64,000 nt of DNA from Candidatus Latescibacterota bacterium (GCA_963662665.2 CAXXJS010000040.1:224001-288000); one strand, 5' to 3'. Counted from the stretch's first letter, positions 43,651 to 53,785 are shown. The notes: generated by a model from the sequence alone, not told the origin. Program-made: numbers and translations.

Positions 43651-44256
43651 TCACTCGAATGGGGTCTGCCCGTCCGGCCAGATGAAACATCCAGGTTCTG
43701 ACGGGTGATCTTTTACCCACAGGTCGCTACGATAATCCTGGACCCTAAAATACGTCAATACATCTGCTGCACTGGCCGAAAATGCTAGACAGAACAAAAA
43801 AAGTGTCCAGATGGCCGGATCCAACAAAAGCACAAGACCGGTCACCGCCGTGGTGACCCCGAGAGGCAGAAGCAAAAAGACACGAAACGCACCCATCCTT
43901 ATCGGTCGCGAAAAATGGCAATAGGGGGCGAGCCATTTCCATTTGAATCCGAAACGAATCGAACTGAATGGGACGTTGCCCCACTGCAATGCGGCAAAGG
44001 CGTGTAGCGCCTCATGAAAGACGACGACCAGAATTGCGCAAGCCAGAAACATCCAGCGGTCGCGATTGGTGAAGCGGAAATCGATTTCCCATAAATTGAC
44101 CATCTCGCCTACGAAAACAAGAGTAGAAGCGAACCAGAACATTACTAAGGAAAAAACGACCATATAGACTTTGTTTACGCGTACCTCAAGAATCTCGTGC
44201 CCGATCTTATCTCGATCGCGAAATCGCCCCGAATCGACCTCATCATTCGTCGGCAT
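43651..44256 (-). CDS. DUF3267 putative membrane zinc protease
   Basis: HEALH, FGFKWKWLAPYCH, DHPSEPG; GAGGA RBS before MPTNDE. Confidence 0.82.
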   Translation of the reverse strand: MPTNDEVDSGRFRDRDKIGHEILEVRVNKVYMVVFSLVMFWFASTLVFVGEMVNLWEIDFRFTNRDRWMFLACAILVVVFHEALHAFAALQWGNVPFSSIRFGFKWKWLAPYCHFSRPIRMGAFRVFLLLPLGVTTAVTGLVLLLDPAIWTLFLFCLAFSASAADVLTYFRVQDYRSDLWVKDHPSEPGCFIWPDGQTPFE

Positions 44257-44471
44257 TTCATCCTCACGCTTCCGTGTCCGAATCAAGATTGCAACACCTG
44301 CCAGGTTTCGTGATTGTGACACTCGGATGATGGAAATCCGGAGCCGCAAAGCAGGGAAGCATTGGAGACTTCTCGAATGGCAACGGCGTCAGGACCGGTG
44401 CAGGCTCCCAAATGCGAACCCACACCGGTCGCGTCAGACACTGGCTACGGGATCTTTCCGACTTGTCGCTC

Positions 44472-44765
44472 TCAGAGATTCGACATCCCGTCAGCCATGC
44501 CGGACATTAGGTCGCCGGCGACGAAGTCGAGGGCGTCGCGGGCCCTGTCGTAATACCATCTAGCAGTTTCAGGTATTCCTGTCGGATTAGTAACAATATT
44601 GACGGCGAGACCAACAACAAAACCGACAAATATCGGATTCAGTCCGCCTGATATTTCGGCCATGAATTGTTCACTTAACACTTCTTGCTTCGTTGGCAGG
44701 GCCGTACTCACAGAGAATCCGTAATTGCCATTTGTCGCCAATGGAATAGCCAATCCATGAGTCAT
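44472..44765 (-). CDS. double-glycine leader peptide precursor (41-aa leader, 56-aa core)
   Basis: AGGAGG RBS; leader ends LPTKQEVLSEQFMAEISGG; hydrophobic core LNPIFVGFVVGLAVNIV... Confidence 0.85.
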   Translation of the reverse strand: MTHGLAIPLATNGNYGFSVSTALPTKQEVLSEQFMAEISGGLNPIFVGFVVGLAVNIVTNPTGIPETARWYYDRARDALDFVAGDLMSGMADGMSNL

Positions 44766-45193
44766 GATGTCCTCCTGAAGAGTTAATGGGACTTGCTGTT
44801 TTGCATCAAATTAACCCGAATCGTCACGTTACGGTAGCGGTGTCTATTCCCGACGGTCATTGGGTTCAAGAATCGTGTTGTACTCTTCGTCGGGATGTCA
44901 GATCCCGTGCTCCTTCGATAACCTTAGCGGTCGATCTGCGTCTGATTATCCAGGATCCACCGGACCCCAATGTAACATGGACCGACGCTCTATCACGGCC
45001 TTTCTCGGCCGCTTCGGCGAGGCCCCGGCAGGACCCGTCGCCCGACACTGAATGCAACTTGGGCAATTCTTCGTTGGATTGAATTGTGGACGATTCCATG
45101 TGGGTTCACGGAATCTTCTGAGAAGCCAACTACATCAGTAGTCGATTTCGGCAGGATAAATTACTTTCCGCCTGACAGACCCCACACTCGATT

Positions 45194-45394
45194 TCAGTCG
45201 TCGAAATAATCGACGATGGCCTCTACCGCCATTATGACAAGGCTCGTCCTTAAAAAACCTCCCCCAACGGGTAACAAACCAATTCCACCAGATGCATTCC
45301 TCATTTCGCGCCGCACAAGATTGGTTTCCCGACCTGGAAGTTGGGCACAGTTCGCGAAGGCCTGCACGGGTTGCAGCTGAATTCGCTCTGTCAT
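45194..45394 (-). CDS. double-glycine leader peptide precursor (37-aa leader, 29-aa core)
   Basis: AAGGA RBS; leader ends LPGRETNLVRREMRNASGG; core IGLLPVGGGFLRTSLVIMAVEAIVDYFDD. Confidence 0.75.
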   Translation of the reverse strand: MTERIQLQPVQAFANCAQLPGRETNLVRREMRNASGGIGLLPVGGGFLRTSLVIMAVEAIVDYFDD

Positions 45395-45475
45395 TTCACC
45401 ACGTCCTTTCTGTTTTGTTTCTGTTATGAACACGTGAGTTTTCCATCCGAACTTTATCTAAGTGCTTCAACTCCA

Positions 45476-45682
45476 CTACAGGACCGGACCGGACGACCTG
45501 TCCGGCTCCGGCAACGTTACGCCGAAAATTTCAGCGACCAGATCTCTGATGAGGCGCCCAAGCCCGGCGTCTCCACCGGAGATTTGCGCGGTCTGCCAGG
45601 CGGTCAAGTCCTCCGTCTGAATCGGCAACCGAGACGGAATTCCGGAAGCGTCCGCAGGGCCTGATACAATTCGTCTGCTCAT
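45476..45682 (-). CDS. double-glycine leader peptide precursor (37-aa leader, 31-aa core)
   Basis: AAGGAGGTGAT RBS; leader ends LPIQTEDLTAWQTAQISGG; core DAGLGRLIRDLVAEIFGVTLPEPDRSSGPVL. Confidence 0.82.
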   Translation of the reverse strand: MSRRIVSGPADASGIPSRLPIQTEDLTAWQTAQISGGDAGLGRLIRDLVAEIFGVTLPEPDRSSGPVL

Positions 45683-45910
45683 GTCTATCACCTCCTTTCG
45701 TCGACATCCCCGCGATATCCAGTCCGTCTCCATTATCTCTGTTCGTGTAGCTGGATCCGCATCGCTGAGATGCCTTGATGTCCGAAGCGCTTCGTATGCC
45801 TCTTTTGCGATTACGGCACACGCCCCGATCGGGCGGCTTCGGTTGCAAATATCGGCAATTACCTGTTACGCGACACCCGCTGCCGGTGACTCCGTCGACG
45901 CATTGAACTC

Positions 45911-45925
45911 GCAAGGATTGTGCCA
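45911..45925 (-). promoter_or_regulatory. sigma54 (-24/-12) promoter of the precursor operon
   Basis: Minus strand TGGCAC-AATCC-TTGC, a consensus match about 230 bp upstream of the first precursor. Confidence 0.75.
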
Positions 45926-46250
45926 CTCCCCATGCCCCGACGCATAACTGTCTGGCTTGCAAACGCGGATTATTTTTGAACTGTTGTCAGGTTGCCGTGG
46001 CGCCGCTCGTTCTTGAAAAATGTGTTCCACTTCTCGTTACTAAAACGAAACGATGTTGCATTTTGGACGACGACGAATACACCGTGAAGCATTGCAAAAA
46101 AAAGACACCGGCGACAAGAGCCACCGATGTTCGATCCAATAAGAAACTTCAGATGGGAAATTTCAGCCTACGCTCGGCGGGCAATCTCGCGAAGGGTATC
46201 TGGTCAACAAAACGCAATGTCGACCAGCGAACTACCCGTTAAGAAACTTA

Positions 46251-46442
46251 CCTTGATTCGCAATTCTTCGGGGAAGTAAAACCGAATATATGCAAGTAGA
46301 TAAAGGCGATTTGACTTCGAATTACCAGGATACACCAGGTCACTGGACGTGAACTGAAAAAACGTCCTTTTTTGACGACCGTTACGCCCCGTTTCAGGGG
46401 TTTTCGTCTCGTCGCCGAGTTGCTGTTTTTTTCTAATTGAGG
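46251..46442. mobile_element. MITE copy 2 (192 bp, intron-free allele)
   Basis: ccttgattcgcaa|ttcttcggggaag...aattgagg; direct repeat of copy 1. Confidence 0.8.
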
Positions 46443-46830
46443 CTAAACATTGACTGACGCCAGATTCCGACTGAACCGGCGCCCGGCGAGGTCCGGTTCA
46501 GTTGCTCGACGTCGATTTTCGCCATTCCCGGCATCGCATCCATCACTGCCGATGGATCGCGCTCCTTCAGCTGCGGAACTGCCTGTACTAAAATGGTAAG
46601 GCCCCTCGCTCGACCGTTACGATAATACAATCAAACGTCGCGGGTTGCGTAGACGCAGTCCCGCCAGCGACATCCCGTTACTGTTGCCGAGGTTCGGGGA
46701 TATCGTTAAACTTGGTAAGACTGACACAGAGCAGTCCGCATCGCATTCTTGAAATGAAGCAACGGAGCGACAGCGTCAGGTATCGCATCAGGGACCCTGT
46801 CACGCCACCACACGCAACCCGACGACATCT

Positions 46831-47271
46831 ATGCGACGATACCGAAAATTCCTGTCACCGACGTACGTAAAATTCGTGATCACCGGCCTATCGGGCGTGT
46901 TTGTCAATCTCGGTTCGTTTCAGATGATGCTGAGTCTCGGTGTGCACGAATTGCTGGCGTCGCCGATTGCGATCGAGCTGTCGATCATCTCGAATTTCCT
47001 GCTCAACAACTACTGGACCTTCCGTTACCGCGCGCTGGCCGAAAAAAAACGCGTTCGGGGCTTGAAGTATCACTTCGTTTCGCTGCTGACCCTGTTGCTC
47101 AGCTACGGCACGTTCGTATTGCTTTCCTTCCTCTTTCCGGATGTGCCGCTGGTGATCCTGCAGGGATGCGCGATCGCACCGGCCGGCGTACTCAACTACT
47201 CCGCCAATTCTCTTTGGACGTTTCGCGAGGCGCCTCCTGAGGGTAAAGACGATGTCCGGAACGGAGCCTGA
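46831..47271 (+). CDS. GtrA family protein
   Basis: KF.I.G.SG..VN, NF..N..WTF, four TM helices. Confidence 0.9.
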   Translation: MRRYRKFLSPTYVKFVITGLSGVFVNLGSFQMMLSLGVHELLASPIAIELSIISNFLLNNYWTFRYRALAEKKRVRGLKYHFVSLLTLLLSYGTFVLLSFLFPDVPLVILQGCAIAPAGVLNYSANSLWTFREAPPEGKDDVRNGA

Positions 47272-49320
47272 TGGTTCGCGCACACGCCGGAAATGAGTCG
47301 TTCGACCCGATCCGCGACGGCATCGCGCTGGCTGCGTCCCTGGTCGCACCGCTCGTGCTGTATGTACTGACGATGCCGCGCACCGTTGTCCTGGAGGACG
47401 ACGGGCTGTTTCTGATGGCTGGTGCGCACCTGGGCGTGGCCCACCCCCCCTGGATATCCGCTCTATACGCTCATTGTCTATCTCTTCACGCAATTGCCCT
47501 TCGGCAATGCCGCCTTCCTCGGCCATTTGTCCAGCGCGGTACTGGGCGCGCTTGCGTGCGGCTGCCTCTACGCGTGCGGTCGTCTGATTGGCGCCTCGTC
47601 CATTCCCGCCCTCTCCGCCTCCCTGCTGTTCGCCGCCTCGGAACACTTCTGGTCTCAGGCCATTGTCACCGAGGTCTATACGCTCAATGCGCTGCTTTTC
47701 TTCGGGCTTTACGCGCTGCTCCTGTTCGGTATCCGCCAACCTCACCGTAACGGCATCTGGATCATCGCCGCCGCGGCTTACGGATTGAACCTGGCCAATC
47801 ACGTGCCGCTGACCGTGCTATCAACGCCGGGACTCGTGTTGCTGGCCTTTACCGTTCGGCGGACACTGTACAAGAAGCTCCCGATACTCTTCACCATTCT
47901 CGTGTGTTGCGCGGCATTGCCCTATGCATGGATGGTATGGCGGTCGCATCAGAACATTCTGATCAATTTCTACGGCTCGATCGATACCCTGAAGGACTTC
48001 TGGTTCTACTTCAGCCGCCAGGGGTATATCGAAGTCGATATCAGTCCCAGCGCGGGGTGGGACGACCGGTTCAAGTTCATGCAGTGGCTTGGCAACGAGT
48101 TCCTGTGGCAATTGACGCTGCCGGGATTCGCGCTCGCAGTCTTAGGCCTGGTCATCCTGTTCCGGAGGCGACAGGCCGCAATTGCCTGGTCCGGAGCGTT
48201 GGTCTTTCTCACGAACAGCATCGTGCTGATTGTACTGCTGCGCTTCGATTTTGACTTCTTCCAGGTTGCGGTTTTCCGGCCCTATTCACTGTCGTGCTAC
48301 GGCATCCAGGCGTTGTGGCTGGGAATCGGTTTGCAGGTTGCTCATGCCTGGCTGGCAGGAACCGTCTCCGCCAAAACAGGCCATGGGCCGAAGTTGAAAA
48401 TATGCGTGGCAACGCTCTTCGGGATCGTTCTCGTCTGGTGGTCTGTCATTTCTCACTGGCAGTCCAACGACAGAGCGGACAGCGACTTCGCAAAGCGGTA
48501 TGCTGAAGTGCAACTGGACCTGTTGCCGGAAGACGCTATCCTCTTTGTCTTCGGAGATACAACCGGCCCTATCGGCTACTATCGATACGTCGAAAACCGG
48601 CGTCCTGACGTCACACTATACAATCTGCAGGGTCTGGTATACGGCAAACGCCTCTTCGGCCCCTTCCTGCCAAAAGGCAAGAGGAAAGAAGCACTCGAAC
48701 AATTCATCGATTCTACCGATAAAAGGCTCTTTTTTCCAGTGGACGTCGATATCTACCCCAGCCGTCAGTTCCGGCTCTACGGCTTTCTCATGGAAGCTGT
48801 CAGGGACGGCCAACCCGGGAACATAAAGCTCAAGTACCACCCGCGCAGCGATGATTTCTTCGTTCAACTCACCGCACGACAACCGGTTGATCGCTGGGAA
48901 CGCGTCCGGAGAAACGAACTGTTGTTCCATTACGGGAGATACCTGGGATTGGTTGGGTTTACGGGCGACCCGATAGGCAAGCGAATGCAGGAATCACTCC
49001 GTCTAGTTGAAGGAAGCTACGCCTCTCTGCTCGGTCTGGCCTCCGTCGTCCTGGACAACGGTAACAGCGCCAACTGGGATCAGGTATCGGCGTGGCTGGC
49101 TAAGGCTGAGAACCTGAAGCATGAAGCACTCAAGAAGAAATCGCTGGCACAGCTATACTACCTGAAGGGAAACCTGTTGCAGAAGCAGGGTCAGACGAGT
49201 GCCGCCATCAGGGCTTTCAGGATGTCACTGGACGTATATCCTCATCCCGAAAACACGTCGTCCGATGCCCTCGATCAATACCGGATTGACTTCAAGCGGG
49301 TCAAACAGCCGCCTCGATAG
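47271..49320 (+). pseudogene. DUF2723 (TMEM260-like) membrane glycosyltransferase, frameshifted in a C7 run
   Basis: LGVAHPP in one frame continues as PPGYPLY...FWSQA...EVYTLN in another; C7 at 47444-47450 where C6 restores HPPGYP; C-terminal TPR. Confidence 0.85.
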
Positions 49321-49710
49321 GTAGCATTATCCCCGCATCCCCACCTGCCGCGTATCCAATAATTCCCGCTCCTGTTGTCCCGACACGACGGTTCTTCCAG
49401 CAACATTTCGAACAGCATGCAAGGGAGTGTGCCGACCGTGGTAAGGTCTCGCGAAGCAACCGATGGTTATTGCCGGGCCTGGAGGGGAATTGCAGACTCA
49501 GAACCTCACGCGCGCACTCGTGTATTGCGCGTCTCGACGCAATTGTTGCCACTGTGGTGCAGAAGAAGATGGGAAAAAGGTCAACTGCGTTTCGCTAAGG
49601 GATGCTGCGAGGCGTTTCAGCGGAGGATCGATCGGACGGAACGGCAAGGATCGCAAGGCCAGATCGAGTATAGCGCTTCATGGGATAGCGCCCGACGCCC
49701 TGCGGCTCTT

Positions 49711-50124
49711 TCAGCCATGTATCCCGTCCAACTCCGGCAGAAGCCGGACGCTCTCCTGCTCATTGGGGTCGGTGCGGGTGATGACGGCGATGCAGGGTTC
49801 GGTCTCACTGGCGTTATACGGCAGGTGGGGAACGCCGGGCGGGATGTAGACGAAATCGCCGCTGTTGGCGCACATGTGTTCCTCCAGGTTGTCGCCGTAC
49901 CACATTCCTGACTCGCCGCTGATGACGTATACGGCGCTCTCGTGGCCTTCGTGCAGGTGTGGCCTGGAGCGTTCGCCCGGAGGGATTGACAGCAGATGCA
50001 TGCTGAGTCCCCGTGAGCCGGTGTTTTCGGCCGTGACACCCTTACGATATGTAAAGGCCTGCTTGCCGGTGAAAACGCCCTGCGAGCGAATCAGCTTGCA
50101 TGTCTGAGCGGTTGGCGACGGCAT
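49711..50124 (-). CDS. cupin domain protein
   Basis: HLHEGHES, GDFVYIPPGVPHLP, RTDPNEQESV. Confidence 0.9.
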   Translation of the reverse strand: MPSPTAQTCKLIRSQGVFTGKQAFTYRKGVTAENTGSRGLSMHLLSIPPGERSRPHLHEGHESAVYVISGESGMWYGDNLEEHMCANSGDFVYIPPGVPHLPYNASETEPCIAVITRTDPNEQESVRLLPELDGIHG

Positions 50125-50185
50125 TGTCCATCTCTCCCGGATATCACGACATTGTTGGCTTGATTGCCCACGTGTTTCGCGGGCA

Positions 50186-50953
50186 TTATGTCTTCACGGC
50201 TCGACAACAGAAAACCGGCCAGTAGAACTCGAAATCGTCTTTGCCCAGGCGTCGTATCCCGAACTCGCTCCTGACACCCTGAGACGCGGCCGCGAATTCA
50301 AGATGCAACCCGTCCTGCGCCGCCACAGGCGTCCCGGACCTCTCAACCCACTCCCGAAACGTCATGTCCACCCGTGTGTTTGCGGTATGGGTTATTTCGA
50401 AGCCCGTGTCGGCCACGTCCCTGCGCCAACCGGACGGCGTTGGCGCCGTCACATGGGTGGGATCCCGTTCCACCTCCACCCGATGATGCCACGCCGCGAC
50501 CTCCGGGTCTTCAGACGTCGTCGTGTCGCACAGAAGAAAGACGCCCCCCGGTCTCAACACGCGGTGGACTTCTGAAAGAAACCTGCCGATGTCCGGAAAA
50601 TGGTGGGGCGCCGTCCTGCACGTGACCAGGTCGAGAGATGCGTCCGGATACGAAATATCGCACGCATCGACAATTTCGAAGCGTACGTTGTCAATGCTCC
50701 GCTCTCCAGCGATTCTGCGGGCCTGGTCCAGCATCCCCGGCGCGATGTCCGATGCAACGATTGTGTCGCAGAATCCGGCAACCGAGAATGCCGTGAAACC
50801 GGGACCCGTGGCAATATCCAGTCCCAGGGTGTAGCGTTTGAGGGACGCCCAGGCCGTGAGGATGCGCAGACTTTCTCCTGATGCGTGCGCCTCGCTCACG
50901 GCGTATCTGGCCGCCTGGCGATTGAACTGCTCTCCAGCTGAATTCAATCTCAA
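50186..50953 (-). CDS. class I SAM-dependent methyltransferase
   Basis: LDIATGPG, DLVTCR.APHHF, RVLRPGG. Confidence 0.9.
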   Translation of the reverse strand: MRLNSAGEQFNRQAARYAVSEAHASGESLRILTAWASLKRYTLGLDIATGPGFTAFSVAGFCDTIVASDIAPGMLDQARRIAGERSIDNVRFEIVDACDISYPDASLDLVTCRTAPHHFPDIGRFLSEVHRVLRPGGVFLLCDTTTSEDPEVAAWHHRVEVERDPTHVTAPTPSGWRRDVADTGFEITHTANTRVDMTFREWVERSGTPVAAQDGLHLEFAAASQGVRSEFGIRRLGKDDFEFYWPVFCCRAVKT

Positions 50954-51112
50954 TCCCGCAGTTGTACTTTCTTCCTCAAGTCAGACGCCGATAATCCGGC
51001 ACGGTCGCCGCGACGCCGCTGGTGATGCACAAAAGGCAATCGACGCGCTATCGCACGGGTTCGGAGTACCACCCGGTACAGGCCCGTTGACGCGAAGGAA
51101 GCATGTTTCCTC

Positions 51113-52249
51113 TCACGGTGCCCCGAGAACCTCACGCAATCGATCACCCACGACCTCCAGATCCTCGTCCGTCAACGTGGGCACCGACACGTGGAGCGCA
51201 TCTGCGGAATTCCCCAGCACGACGCTGGGCCGTCCCTCCTTCAGTTCGGCCAGGACCTGCGACAGGGATTTTCCCAGGGCCTTCCCGTCGAACCGGATCA
51301 GCAGCCCGCTGCCGAGCCCGCGTTTTTCCGTCACGTGTTCCACCTGGATGTTTGGAACTCCGTTCAGTGAGCGGAACAGTTGGACGGCCTTGCGCCGGTG
51401 ATCGGCGAAACGCGCCTCGTGGTCCATTTCAAACCATTCCTTCAACGCGGCCGTCACGGCGATCACCTCCTGGCGGTCCACCTTCAGAGGGCGGCCCACG
51501 GTTCGCCGCTCCTCGGTTTCGAATCCGATAAAACCCTGCACGAAAGCTGCGTCCACCAGGTCTTTCCGTCCGCACATGATCCCCGTGGAGTTGCACGCGC
51601 CGAAATATTTCGCGCCGTATCCCACCACGTCCGCGCCCATCCGGGGGTACCGGCACATCACGTCCAGCGGGAATACCTGGGAGGCCGCATCCACAATCAC
51701 CGCAACGCCGCGGTCCCTCGCGATCGCCAAAGCGTCCTCCAGAGGGACGACGCCCGCCCCGCCGCCCGGCGCAACGTAGAGAAGCCCCGCCGTCCGCCCG
51801 CTCATCGCCTCCCGCAGTTGGGCCGCGGTCGTGCCGTTCTCGTCCCCCACCTCCACCAGCTTTCCGCCGTAAACCGTCACGCAACGTTCGTACTTGTATC
51901 GCTGCCTGGACTGAATCAGAAACTCGTTCGGCATGCCGGTTGTGTCGGGCAACCGCTCCATCCTGGCGGGGTCGTTTCCCGTCATGCACGCCGCCGACCC
52001 CAGCGCGAGCACCGAGGCGCAACCGGGTGTGACCAGCGCCGCCTCCGCCCCCAGCATCCCGGCAATCACCTCGCCCGACCGCTTCAGCAGTTCCTTCATA
52101 TCCACAAAATACCGGTTCGCGTCCTGCATGGCCCGGAGCACCGTGGGAGACAGGCGCGAACCACCCAGTACGGTCTGGCTTCCCATCGCATTGATTACAG
52201 GATTCACACCCAGGTCTTCGTAGATCCGGCGTCCTCTTTCGCTGTCCAT
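51113..52249 (-). CDS. SelA-like PLP-dependent enzyme (DgaE-related)
   Basis: LGV.PVINA.G..T.LGGS, IVDAAS, YGAKYF, GRPLKV. Confidence 0.85.
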   Translation of the reverse strand: MDSERGRRIYEDLGVNPVINAMGSQTVLGGSRLSPTVLRAMQDANRYFVDMKELLKRSGEVIAGMLGAEAALVTPGCASVLALGSAACMTGNDPARMERLPDTTGMPNEFLIQSRQRYKYERCVTVYGGKLVEVGDENGTTAAQLREAMSGRTAGLLYVAPGGGAGVVPLEDALAIARDRGVAVIVDAASQVFPLDVMCRYPRMGADVVGYGAKYFGACNSTGIMCGRKDLVDAAFVQGFIGFETEERRTVGRPLKVDRQEVIAVTAALKEWFEMDHEARFADHRRKAVQLFRSLNGVPNIQVEHVTEKRGLGSGLLIRFDGKALGKSLSQVLAELKEGRPSVVLGNSADALHVSVPTLTDEDLEVVGDRLREVLGAP

Positions 52250-52476
52250 ACGCACCCCTTTATTGGCAGACAATCCGCAGGGAAAAGCTCGCAAGATAAG
52301 GGACTCCCTTTGCCTCTGACAACGCCGTTAAGATAGCCTTCCTACTATTGTCGATCAATTCCTTTCTGTCCACACGCAAAACAACGAAAGACGACCACAA
52401 TGGCCGACCCTGTCCGCGATTGGACATCTTCACGATGGATTAACCCGATTACCCGACCGCTCAGCGACGGACGACG

Positions 52477-53613
52477 TCATCTCTCGCTGACGGGTTCCCA
52501 TCGGCGGCCCGTCGCGCCGACGTATTCCGCCCGCGGCCGTATAATCCGATCCTGCGCCTTCTGCTCGAGTCCGTGCGCCGTCCACCCGCCAACGCGCCCC
52601 ACCGCAAACGTGGGCGTGAACAACGCGGACGGCAGACCCAGCCCGTGCAGCAGCAGCGCCGTATAGTACTCCACGTTCGTCTCCAGGTTCCTACCCGGTT
52701 TGTATTCGGCCAGCAGCCGCACGGCGGCCCGCTCCACCTCCCGGGCGAGATCGTACAGCTCCCTGTCGCCTTCAGACCGGAAGAATCGGGCCGCTTCCGC
52801 TGCGAGCACGTCCGCGCGCGGATCCCTCACATTGTAAACCGCGTGGCCGAACCCCATCAGCCGTTCACCGCGTTCCAGTTTCGCCCGCAGATAAGGTTCA
52901 ACGTTATCCCTGGTTCCGATCTCGAACACCATGTCCAGCGCCGGACCGGGCGCGCCGCCGTGCAGCGGTCCCTTTAGAGCGCCAAGGGCGCCCGTTACCG
53001 CCGAGGTCATGTCCGATCGCGTGGACACGATCACCCGTGCCGTAAACGTGGATGCATTCATCCCGTGATCCGTCACGGTGTTCAAATACGTTTCGATTGC
53101 GCGGTTTCGCGATGGGCCGGATTCTTCGCCGGTGAGCATGTACAGGTAATTCGCCGCATGCCCCAGGTCGCCGCGCGGCGCAATTGGCTCCGAACCGTTC
53201 AGCAACCGCCAGTACGCCGCGACCAACGTGGGAAACCGCGCCACAACCGTCAACGCACCGGTGCGTTCGTCCAAAGACGCAGGGCATCCGAGACTCAACG
53301 TACTTACGCCCATCCGAAGCGCGTCGATCACCGGCGCCCCCCCTGCCGCCGCCGCCCGAAGCAGCGAGATGGTCGCCTCGGGAAGCGGGCGGGCTATTGC
53401 CAGCGCCTCAGTGACCTCGTTCAATTGCCGGGCATCCGGAAGCCGATCGTTCCACAACAGGTGGAGCATCTCTTCGTATGATGCGTTGTGCGCCAGCGAT
53501 TCGAGAGGAAACCCGCCAACGATCAGCTCCCCGGCGTCGCCATCGATCCTGCTAAGCAGGGTCTGCGCGGCGACTACGCCTTTAAGGCCGGGAACATAGC
53601 CCTTTTCCGGCAT
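52477..53613 (-). CDS. citrate/methylcitrate synthase family protein
   Basis: DHGMNASTF, GPLHGGA, MGFGH.VY..DPR, NVEYY; GGAGGAGG RBS. Confidence 0.92.
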   Translation of the reverse strand: MPEKGYVPGLKGVVAAQTLLSRIDGDAGELIVGGFPLESLAHNASYEEMLHLLWNDRLPDARQLNEVTEALAIARPLPEATISLLRAAAAGGAPVIDALRMGVSTLSLGCPASLDERTGALTVVARFPTLVAAYWRLLNGSEPIAPRGDLGHAANYLYMLTGEESGPSRNRAIETYLNTVTDHGMNASTFTARVIVSTRSDMTSAVTGALGALKGPLHGGAPGPALDMVFEIGTRDNVEPYLRAKLERGERLMGFGHAVYNVRDPRADVLAAEAARFFRSEGDRELYDLAREVERAAVRLLAEYKPGRNLETNVEYYTALLLHGLGLPSALFTPTFAVGRVGGWTAHGLEQKAQDRIIRPRAEYVGATGRRWEPVSER

Positions 53614-53700
53614 CTGAACCTCCTCCATTTGACGCGCATTCGCGCCGGGTTTGCGTACACCGTTACGTTTTTCCGGCAAATTTCGCTTGTATCCTGAATT

Positions 53701-53750
53701 CTATATAATTGATATATATTGTCAATCTTGATTTTAAAATCAATATATAG
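53701..53750. promoter_or_regulatory. palindromic operator candidates between divergent citrate synthase genes
   Basis: TTGATTTTAAAATCAA (53728-53743, perfect) and TTGATATATATTGTCAA (53709-53725). Confidence 0.6.
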
Positions 53751-53785
53751 TATCTTTGTCATAATCGAAGAAAGGGAGTTGCGCC

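Noticed and set aside
44866-45099. 77-aa ORF between precursors containing GSGG, a possible fourth precursor
   Set aside because: No RBS, no LP/L(-12)/I(-4) leader pattern, and a basic non-amphipathic tail
51113-52249. True selA (selenocysteine synthase)
   Set aside because: Too short, and no selB, selC or selD nearby; fits the SelA-like family
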